Shown piece by piece: positions 47,356 to 53,950 of a stretch of 53,950 bases of DNA (positions are counted from its first letter, which is position 1; each line of letters opens with the position of its first letter). A program made the position numbers and the translations under genes. The stretch is from positions 65,223 to 119,172 of the forward strand of contig JBHLRZ010000005.1 of NCBI GenBank assembly GCA_048882045.1. Reading direction: 5' to 3'. The notes beneath the pieces are model-generated. The model did no database searches. It was given only the letters and a program-made list of their open reading frames with translations, and was not told the DNA's origin. Source of the stretch: Candidatus Thorarchaeota archaeon. Lineage in GTDB: Archaea > Asgardarchaeota > Thorarchaeia > Thorarchaeales > Thorarchaeaceae.

Positions 47356-47677
47356 GGTCTCTTGCCCTCTGTAAGATGTCTATGATACAGTTGTCTTCTA
47401 TGCTGTAATAGACGTGTTTTCCCTTCTTTCGGGGTTTTACGAATCCCTGTTCCCTCAACCTTGAAAGATGATGACTTACCAGACTTATCTCAAGTCCTGT
47501 GCTTTCTGCTATATCACTCACAGATAGACTCTCTTTCCTGTCTAGTTGCGAGAGAATGAGTATCTTGGATGGCTCTGACAATGACTTGAAGATTTTTGTT
47601 AGGTCTTCCATCTCATTCTCAGTGAATTCAGATTTACCCGGGGACGACTTGGATTTTAGCACGTGCATCACAATCAT
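47339..47677 (-). CDS. ArsR/SmtB-family metal-responsive repressor
   Basis: FKSLSEPSKILIL, VSHHLSRL, RKKGKHVYYS and an alpha5-like DNC-x10-H. Start moved to ATG 47677 (or 47668) because the operator occupies the first ORF codons. Confidence 0.9.
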   Translation of the reverse strand: MIVMHVLKSKSSPGKSEFTENEMEDLTKIFKSLSEPSKILILSQLDRKESLSVSDIAESTGLEISLVSHHLSRLREQGFVKPRKKGKHVYYSIEDNCIIDILQRARDHVAGD

Positions 47678-47701
47678 TTGAACGTTTGAACAAACGTTCA
47701 A
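47678..47701. promoter_or_regulatory. SmtB/CzrA-type operator of the arsR-P1B ATPase operon
   Basis: Perfect 11-2-11 inverted repeat TTGAACGTTTG-AA-CAAACGTTCAA abutting ATG 47677. TATA-like TTAATA on the minus strand at ~47710-47715. Confidence 0.8.
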
Positions 47702-47765
47702 CCTTGACATATTAAGACTTTCCTTCGCGGAATAGTGGATATTTTATATATCATCAGGCGAACTA

Positions 47766-48473
47766 ATGATGAGGGGAAAAGTTTTGACAGAGTGGCTTGA
47801 ATATGCTTCAGATTGGGGATATTGGATTAATCCTGACACTTTCTTCACTCCAAGAATAAAGAAGTCGATTCGTGTTGGAGCTATATTCTTCATAAAGAGC
47901 AAAGAGTTTGTGGAGGACCTCGGAAGAGAAATCATCATGACGACATATGGGATTGCCAGGTCTCATGGGATTGAGGAGATGGACAAACGAGATGCGAGTA
48001 AGATTCTAGCAAAACAGATGTATGAATACATGCGATCTAAGAAGAAGTATCCGCCAAAGACGTCTGTGAAGAAAGTGTTCTCAAATGGGAATGTTGACCT
48101 AGCGTACAATCCAACGGACTATGACAAGTTCATTATTCGTCTGACACCTGCTATGGTCGGTGGGAATGTGGAGGACTTTCTCGACTTGCTTGAAGAATTC
48201 AAGGAAGATTCAACCGATGACTCAGAATTTAGTTGGAGGGTGGAACCTGCAAAATCGAGTCGCTCGACATGTCGAACATGTGGGCAGAAGATAGACCAGG
48301 ATACACTACGTCTTGGAGAACCGAGTTTCTTTGACGACCAAGTCACATACAGGTGGCATCATTTGACATGTCAGACTAATCAGCTTCGATGGCTTGATCT
48401 CAAAACAATAGACGGTTATTCTGAATTGACTAGAGAACAGAAAGACAAGATTCAAGCTATGAAGGGTAGTTGA
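47766..48473 (+). CDS. Protein with an unknown N-terminal domain and a C-terminal PARP-type zinc finger
   Basis: WRVEPAKSSRSTCRTCGQKIDQDTLRLG...RWHHLTC...IDGYSELTREQKDKI matches zf-PARP (CxxC...HxxC). Confidence 0.85.
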   Translation: MMRGKVLTEWLEYASDWGYWINPDTFFTPRIKKSIRVGAIFFIKSKEFVEDLGREIIMTTYGIARSHGIEEMDKRDASKILAKQMYEYMRSKKKYPPKTSVKKVFSNGNVDLAYNPTDYDKFIIRLTPAMVGGNVEDFLDLLEEFKEDSTDDSEFSWRVEPAKSSRSTCRTCGQKIDQDTLRLGEPSFFDDQVTYRWHHLTCQTNQLRWLDLKTIDGYSELTREQKDKIQAMKGS

Positions 48474-48626
48474 AACATACGCAGCATCAGTCTGTCTGCA
48501 CAAGTAACCTATATCTGGCTATTACATGAGTGTGATTTGGCGCAAGAGCAGATTTGATAGATTCTAGCCAGATCCGAGGTGACGCCTGCCACCATTAAGT
48601 CTGTTGAACCTTAGGCGGAGCAAGAC

Positions 48627-50396
48627 ATGCCGGACCCGCACATGAATTCCACAAAGCATGATGAAACATACGAAAGTATGATTCAGATGGCAAACGATGG
48701 AATCATTGTCATCCAAGAAGACACCATCATGTTTGCGAATCCTGCCTTTGGGAGAATGCTTGGCTATGGGAAGGAATCACTTGTTGGTCTTCCATTGACT
48801 GACCTTCTAGAAACTACAACAGCTCACCTATACTCGGAAGTCCAAGAGAAATTCGATTGGGGTGAATGGGGACGACCCAGCTTCAGAATCCGATTTCAAA
48901 AGAAGGATGGTTCGGTCCTAAATGTAGAGGTCAGTACTTCTGACCTTATTCATAATGGAAGACCAGCTATCCTGGGGATTGTAAGAGATATAACACACCA
49001 ATTGGAACTGGAGGCTGCAATTGATGCATCTGAGACACGATATCGCGCACTCTATGACTCGTCACCAATTGCCTACTTCTCACTTAGTCTCATTGGAAAT
49101 ATCCTTCAGGTAAACAGAGCCGCTGAAAAATTACTGGGGTATGATTCCAAAGAACTGCTCAGGAGAAATCTCGCATCTTTCTTACCAAGTGAGGATCAAG
49201 AAAAAGTGATTCGTCAGGTTGTATCAGAAGTTGCGCAGGGGAAAAGTGTTGAAGACTTTGAAATGCAGATGAAAAGGGCTGATGGTCGTTCTCACTGGGT
49301 CAGTGTGACTGCAAACCTTCTTGAGTATCCTGACAAATCTTCGACCATTGCTCTGATGGCTCTTGACGCAGACCGTAGAAAGAATGCAGAGACAAGGGAA
49401 CAGGATGAACGAGCTCGAGCGAATCTATATCTTGAGATCATGACGCACGACCAGAACAACATCAACCAAAGTTTACTCTTCTCACTCGGGCTGCTAGAGA
49501 ATTCTCCTGATACTCCTGAGAAGTTCAGATCATTAATGTACGAATCAAGCTGGAATGTCCGTCGATCTGGGAGGATGATTGCGAATCTTCGTGAGCTCCT
49601 CCGGCTAACGAATGATCCGCCAACACGCGAAAAGGTGGACTTCAATAAATATCTCAAGTCTGCCATTGAGAATGTACAACGTGACTTCCACTGGAAGACC
49701 CTCAAGGTAAATTCCAATGTCAAGGATGATATGTTTGAGGTTGCTGGACATGACTATCTAGCACATGTATGTTTTAACATTCTGCACAACGCCCTGACTT
49801 ACGATGAAAGTGAAACAGTCGAGGTTGATATCAAGGCTGAAATCGTAGAACAAGTGAAGATGGTCAGAATAGAATTCGCGGACAGAGGTCCTGGGGTCCC
49901 TGATAATGCCAAGGAGTTCATCTTTCGCCGAACCGGTAGTCCAGAGGACCAGATTGTTGGGCGTGGTCTTGGCCTCACTCTGGTGGACCAGATTCTAAAG
50001 AACATCGGAGGAATGATCAGGGTTGAAGACCGCGTCAAAGGAAATCATACTCAGGGTGCGAATTTCATTGTTCTGCTACCACTGTGGGTTGAGCAACCAG
50101 AACTCCATTGTGGAAGACAGACCTGTATAACATTCTACAAGTCCAACCATTGTGTCTTTTGTGACCCAGCCATGGAGATTCTTACTTCGGTCTTGGAGTC
50201 TTTCGGAGTTCCTCAGGGTATGGTGGAAACAATCAATGTTGATGACCCGATAGCGAATTTAACAGAAAATGACCTTCCAATGCTCCCATACATCAAGATT
50301 TGTGACGAGGAACTCAGTGGTTTCATTTCTGAAACTGCCATTCGCAGTGCTGTGATGAACCTCATGGTCACTAACTGCTATCCTGATTTTGCATGA
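48627..50396 (+). CDS. PAS-PAS histidine kinase with C-terminal CxxC thioredoxin-fold domain (catalytically intact)
   Basis: H-box EIMTHDQNN, N-box NILHNAL, DRGPGV and GRGLGL. C-terminal FYKSNHCVFCDP...LPMLPYI. Full-length paralog of 29491-31221. Confidence 0.9.
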   Translation: MPDPHMNSTKHDETYESMIQMANDGIIVIQEDTIMFANPAFGRMLGYGKESLVGLPLTDLLETTTAHLYSEVQEKFDWGEWGRPSFRIRFQKKDGSVLNVEVSTSDLIHNGRPAILGIVRDITHQLELEAAIDASETRYRALYDSSPIAYFSLSLIGNILQVNRAAEKLLGYDSKELLRRNLASFLPSEDQEKVIRQVVSEVAQGKSVEDFEMQMKRADGRSHWVSVTANLLEYPDKSSTIALMALDADRRKNAETREQDERARANLYLEIMTHDQNNINQSLLFSLGLLENSPDTPEKFRSLMYESSWNVRRSGRMIANLRELLRLTNDPPTREKVDFNKYLKSAIENVQRDFHWKTLKVNSNVKDDMFEVAGHDYLAHVCFNILHNALTYDESETVEVDIKAEIVEQVKMVRIEFADRGPGVPDNAKEFIFRRTGSPEDQIVGRGLGLTLVDQILKNIGGMIRVEDRVKGNHTQGANFIVLLPLWVEQPELHCGRQTCITFYKSNHCVFCDPAMEILTSVLESFGVPQGMVETINVDDPIANLTENDLPMLPYIKICDEELSGFISETAIRSAVMNLMVTNCYPDFA

Positions 50397-50409
50397 AAAA
50401 GAAGTGGTA

Positions 50410-50425
50410 GAGGGGTGAACCCCTC
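50410..50425. terminator. GC hairpin between convergent genes
   Basis: GAGGGG-TGAA-CCCCTC. A-rich run at 50396-50403 reads as a U-tract on the minus strand. Confidence 0.55.
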
Positions 50426-50440
50426 AAATTGTTGTATACT

Positions 50441-50803
50441 CTAGAAAGTCATGACTGTGTCATGCTTGAGAGCATCGTCAATCATGGTGGCTGCACCAGC
50501 AATCTCGATGCGTGGGTCTCTCAGGTCCTCTTGTGCAATGCCTCTGAACTCAGTAGAGTTTGAACAGACCTGAACCTTTCCACCAGCTTCCAAGAAAGCA
50601 TCGATCAAGTCAGGCAGTGGTGGGAAACCAGGTGCTTTGACCTTCTCAGCCATTCCTTTCTTCACCAACATAACACCATCCATCATCAAGAAGATGTTGG
50701 CATCGATGTCTTGTGCTTGGGCTGTGGTACCAGTGACGAAAGGTCCGTAGCATCTTTCGGCAGCTTCGGGACCCCATTGCCCGATTATGTATAGACTTGG
50801 CAT
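50441..50803 (-). CDS. DsrE/DsrF-like (TusD-type) sulfur-relay / peroxiredoxin-like protein
   Basis: ERCYGPF, IFLMMDGV, GGKVQVCSNS and IAGAATM. Confidence 0.85.
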   Translation of the reverse strand: MPSLYIIGQWGPEAAERCYGPFVTGTTAQAQDIDANIFLMMDGVMLVKKGMAEKVKAPGFPPLPDLIDAFLEAGGKVQVCSNSTEFRGIAQEDLRDPRIEIAGAATMIDDALKHDTVMTF

Positions 50804-50819
50804 ATTTTATTCATCTCCA

Positions 50820-51224
50820 TTAAAGGACTGCAAGTTCTGCGTAGTAGAGAACAAGTCCAAGCAGCAAGAACAGTGTCACCAAGAGGTTGGTGTTGTGAGA
50901 GCTGTGGAATGGTCCTCCTTGCATTGTTTTCATTAAAATTGGTAGAACCTGTACAAACTGCATCAAGGTTGCAAGCAGAATGAACACGAGATCCACGATC
51001 AATAGTATGAATAGCAAATCAAGACCCAACACTTGGAATCCTGGAAGAACAAGACCAACGACAAGGCTGATCAAGCCCACGAACATACCAAGCATTAGCA
51101 TCATGACCTGCGTCATCAAGTAGAAGCCCATCCTCCTAGCCAACATAAAGCCTGAGAACATCACGCTTATGTTCAACGCGAAAAGGATGAACAGAATCAA
51201 TTGGAAAAGTGCCATTATGTTCAC
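50820..51224 (-). CDS. Small 4-TM membrane protein co-transcribed with the DsrE gene
   Basis: Four hydrophobic helices, HSSHN loop, and a 16-nt gap to the DsrE gene. Confidence 0.75.
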   Translation of the reverse strand: MNIMALFQLILFILFALNISVMFSGFMLARRMGFYLMTQVMMLMLGMFVGLISLVVGLVLPGFQVLGLDLLFILLIVDLVFILLATLMQFVQVLPILMKTMQGGPFHSSHNTNLLVTLFLLLGLVLYYAELAVL

Positions 51225-51375
51225 CTGTAATTATTCTCAGCCGAATTGTAGTAATTAATAAAGATGACTAAACGGTAGTGGGTTTGATATGCTGATGATG
51301 GATTTTTGGACCGGCTTAAGTTTCAAAGAATCGGGATGAACATTATCGTTACAACAAAAGGAATAAAACAGCGCC

Positions 51376-51398
51376 TCAGTCGACAAAAAGTCGACTGA
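51376..51398. promoter_or_regulatory. Perfect inverted repeat immediately before tusA (candidate operator)
   Basis: TCAGTCGAC-AAAAA-GTCGACTGA, ending 2 nt before ATG 51401. Confidence 0.6.
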
Positions 51399-51400
51399 CA

Positions 51401-51637
51401 ATGACACACGACATAGCAAGAACATTCGATGCAAGCGGACTGAGATGTCCAATGCCTATCTTGAAGGCAAAGAAGGAAATTCTAGAGATCCAGATCGGTG
51501 AGATCTTGAAACTCATTGCTACCGATGTTGGAACCAAGAAGGACTTTCCTGCATGGTCTTCCAGGACCGGAAATGAGATTGTTGAAATGGTGGAAGAAGG
51601 CGACAAGCTCATCTGGTATCTAAAACGTGTCAAGTAA
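51401..51637 (+). CDS. tusA: TusA/SirA-family sulfur carrier
   Basis: DASGLRCPMPILKAKK, LIATD and DFPAWS. Confidence 0.95.
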   Translation: MTHDIARTFDASGLRCPMPILKAKKEILEIQIGEILKLIATDVGTKKDFPAWSSRTGNEIVEMVEEGDKLIWYLKRVK

Positions 51638-51663
51638 CATTTGGAATATCAACTAAACTGCTG

Positions 51664-51729
51664 AATCTCCCTGGAGGTCCGAAGACCTCCAAGGATTAGC
51701 CGATGGCGATGATACTCAATATCTCGCCA
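51664..51729. terminator. Two hairpins between the convergent tusA and flotillin genes
   Basis: GGAGGTC-CGAA-GACCTCC (51673-51690, extendable) and the imperfect TGGCGA-TGATA-CTCAA-TATC-TCGCCA (51704-51729). Confidence 0.6.
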
Positions 51730-51730
51730 A

Positions 51731-53065
51731 CTATTTCTTCATCACTTGTTTTGGTTCCTCAGCAGCCATATCGCCCAAGGCGTCCTTCATGAGTCCTTTG
51801 AAATCAAAGCCCATCATGCGTGCCATGAGCATCATTGGCAATAGGACATTCCCAAAGACCTGGAAAGCCTGAGCTCCTCCACCGCCCTCTTCAGCTCCCT
51901 CTCCGTTCGTTCCTGCTCCACCAAACAGTGTGACATCACCAATGTCTATCTGGCGGTAGATCTCAGGAAGGATCTGTAGGAAATCCCTTGCAAATGCCTG
52001 AGGCGTGTAGTCTCTTGCAGCTTCGAGGGTCTTTTTAATACCCTCAGCTTGAGCTGTTGTGACTTTGAGGATCTTACCAGCATCAGCCTCAGCTACCATA
52101 CTGATCTTTTCAGCCTCAGCTTTAGCCTCTTGAAGAATACGTTGTGCTTGGACCTCGACTTCTTCCTTGATTCTTCTTTGCTTTTGAGCTTCCGCCCCAA
52201 GCTTTGCAACCTCTAAATCCTTAGCCGCCTCGACTTCTGCCTGTTGCTTCTCATACTTCTTCTGCATCAAGTCTTTCTGAAGTGCTATCTCGAGAACGCT
52301 CTGTTCACGCTGTTTCTCAGCTTCTTGGATGTCCCTTAGCTGTGACTGCTCCTGCACACCTATCAGTTTGTCACGAGCAATCTCTTGCTCACGGACTATC
52401 CTTGTTTTCTCAACGTTCCGAGTACTGGTTACTTGCTCTGCTTCAATCAATGCAATCTGAGCCAGTCGTTGCATCTCAGCTTCACGAGGCTTTGACATGT
52501 CTCTCAGGAATGTTTCATTGACCACCACGACATCAATTAGCTCTACTGTCACTATTTTGAGACCCCATTCTGAAACGATGTCGATTAGTTCCTTCTTGAT
52601 AGCTTCAATGATGAGTTGTCGCTCCTCAAGAATTTCCTCAACAGAAAGTTGCGCACAGGCTGTACGAATGACTGACTCAATGATTGCTGTCAATCTGCTT
52701 GGAATCTCTTTCCAGGTTACGTTATTGATTGTAGAAATAGCATTCTCTGCTTGCCATTGCAGCACAGCGCTGAGTTTAATCTTCTGCTTCTCTTTGGACA
52801 GGACCGACTCTGCTGAGATATTCAACTGTTGAACAGTCCTGTCTACAGCAAGAATACGATCGAAGAATGGAATGCGAACTACCATACCACCCTCGCCCTG
52901 CTTGATCGCCTTACCGCGTCTCAAATGGACATAGAAGATGTTGGGATCAAAAATCCTCACGTACTTCTTTACGTAAATGAACAGTAATGAAACAATTACG
53001 ATGAACAAAACGGCCAATGAGACTGCGAGATTACTGAAAAACCAATCAAATACTGATACTTGCAT
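51731..53065 (-). CDS. SPFH/band-7 flotillin-like membrane scaffold protein
   Basis: N-terminal TM, SPFH domain (IPFFDRI, VLSKEK, ESVIRT..AQLSVEEILEER, WGLKIVTVEL) and a long E/A-rich coiled coil. Confidence 0.9.
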   Translation of the reverse strand: MQVSVFDWFFSNLAVSLAVLFIVIVSLLFIYVKKYVRIFDPNIFYVHLRRGKAIKQGEGGMVVRIPFFDRILAVDRTVQQLNISAESVLSKEKQKIKLSAVLQWQAENAISTINNVTWKEIPSRLTAIIESVIRTACAQLSVEEILEERQLIIEAIKKELIDIVSEWGLKIVTVELIDVVVVNETFLRDMSKPREAEMQRLAQIALIEAEQVTSTRNVEKTRIVREQEIARDKLIGVQEQSQLRDIQEAEKQREQSVLEIALQKDLMQKKYEKQQAEVEAAKDLEVAKLGAEAQKQRRIKEEVEVQAQRILQEAKAEAEKISMVAEADAGKILKVTTAQAEGIKKTLEAARDYTPQAFARDFLQILPEIYRQIDIGDVTLFGGAGTNGEGAEEGGGGAQAFQVFGNVLLPMMLMARMMGFDFKGLMKDALGDMAAEEPKQVMKK

Positions 53066-53270
53066 TTGTTTTCCTTCTCACATCTTTCTCTCTTTTTTCG
53101 TGCCCTCGATTACTTCCTACCTCCCATTGAGTGAAGAATCCTAGTTTCCACTTATTGAATATCAGCTGTGTCCTGCGGGTCTTCTCTCTCAGCGATTTGT
53201 AGGCCATCCTACGAACGCACTTGTGAAACCTTTAGTTTGAAGGAATATAAAGCTGCGCAGGAAAAGGGCA

Positions 53271-53950
53271 CTATTTGCCCTCCTTTACCTGTTTACTCTG
53301 ATTCTGTAACCATTTGATGATGTCTTTCCTTGGGTCCACATAGACAAACTTGCTATCTGCTGAAACTATGAACAGGTCTGTTCCCTTTTGAAATACAACA
53401 CCTTTCTGAAACGGTCTGGCATGAAAACGTCTAAGTCCCATGTCAGTTTCAAGTCGTACTTCTCCAAATCCGTCATTGATGGTTGAAACTGCCTCGACCT
53501 CTCTCCCAACTATTTGTCGTGGTTCAATCATAAAACCGGATTCGACAAATGCTTTACTCAGCACTGTGCGTACGGAATAGACAATTGCAGTAACTCCCCC
53601 TACATGAATGAAAATCTTGACCATCAATGGTATCAAGAAACCCTCGTAATATAGGAGAGATCCAAGAAATCCGAACACAACCAAGGTTGTACCAATTGTC
53701 ACTCCTAGAGGTGCTCCTCTCTCCACCTCGAAGAATCCTGACTTCTCCACATCTATATCATGATCAAGATCGATATCGTGGTCTTCCACAATTCCAGATT
53801 TGTCGTCAGGAATGTCATGGTCCACCTCCATGAATCCAGACTTATCATCGGGAATATCGTGATCCAAATCATGGTCCAAGTCATGATCTAGGTCATGATC
53901 CAAATCATGGTCCAAGTCATGATCTAGGTCATGATCCAAATCATGGTCCA
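53271..53950 (-). CDS. NfeD/YuaF/YqiJ-like flotillin partner with His/Asp-rich repeat region, 5'-truncated by the window edge
   Basis: (DHDL)n tract, two TMs, and an NfeD-like OB fold (IVGREVEAVSTI..GFGEV). Lies upstream of the SPFH gene on the same strand. Confidence 0.8.
   Translation of the reverse strand, partial: DHDLDHDLDHDLDHDLDHDLDHDLDHDLDHDIPDDKSGFMEVDHDIPDDKSGIVEDHDIDLDHDIDVEKSGFFEVERGAPLGVTIGTTLVVFGFLGSLLYYEGFLIPLMVKIFIHVGGVTAIVYSVRTVLSKAFVESGFMIEPRQIVGREVEAVSTINDGFGEVRLETDMGLRRFHARPFQKGVVFQKGTDLFIVSADSKFVYVDPRKDIIKWLQNQSKQVKEGK
53856..53950 (-). repeat. 12-bp coding tandem repeat (DHDL)n with a 36-bp higher-order unit
   Basis: Plus-strand unit ATCATGGTCCAA-GTCATGATCTAG-GTCATGATCCAA occurs exactly at 53868-53903 and 53904-53939, and restarts at 53940 up to the window end. 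Confidence 0.95.

Noticed and set aside
47678-47710. First 11 codons of the ArsR ORF
   Set aside because: They are occupied by the perfect operator palindrome and lie too close to the TATA box to be translated.
48513-48573. 9-bp inverted repeat ATCTGGCTA...TAGCCAGAT upstream of the HK-Trx gene
   Set aside because: The 43-nt interior has no convincing pairing and there is no target-site duplication or second copy, so it is insufficient for a MITE or ncRNA call.
53856-53950. Tandem repeat as a CRISPR array
   Set aside because: The 12-bp in-frame coding units have no unique spacers and there are no cas genes.
1-53950. Numerous 60-165 aa antisense or alternate-frame ORFs in the track (e.g. 1800-2159, 9190-9600, 15671-16135, 31725-32219, 49292-49723)
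   Set aside because: They lie largely or wholly within well-supported genes, have shadow-ORF composition and show no motifs.
1-53950. Mobile elements, prophage, rRNA or tRNA, known anti-phage systems
   Set aside because: I recognised no transposase, integrase, terminal repeats, structural RNA signatures or defence hallmark genes. The tandem NTase does not resemble a CD-NTase or a minimal MNT-HEPN pair.

Overview
A 53.95-kb gene-dense archaeal chromosomal segment, most consistent with an Asgard archaeon such as Thorarchaeia. That placement is inferred from GGAGG/GGTGA ribosome-binding sites, TATA-like promoters, MtrH-, HdrD- and TFB/cyclin-fold genes, many PAS histidine kinases, and integrin-alpha-propeller and PARP-zinc-finger proteins. 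About 50 CDS are supported. I saw no rRNA, tRNA, CRISPR array or mobile element. The strongest candidates for undescribed systems are: (1) a divergent uvrA paralog co-transcribed with a tandem nucleotidyltransferase (one dead and one intact active site), behind a ~73-nt leader hairpin that buries the ribosome-binding site; (2) two paralogous PAS-PAS-histidine kinases with a C-terminal CxxC thioredoxin-fold domain, one intact and next to DsrE/TusA sulfur-relay genes, the other a pseudokinase, plus a free-standing DHp protein and no response regulator in the window; (3) a PadR-controlled flavin/Fe-S redox operon (FixC/X-like, two VAO-type flavoproteins, HdrD/GlcF-like, CrtC-like) with a visible tandem operator. 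Other oddities are a cyclin-fold protein without a Zn ribbon, a membrane protein starting with a bacterial EF-Tu-like peptide, an unannotated 53-aa membrane protein, a HeH/Rho-N-fused ABC ATPase, perfect operators at the arsR-zntA and tusA promoters, and a (DHDL)n repeat in the NfeD-like partner of a flotillin. All family assignments come from motif recognition by eye, not from database searches.
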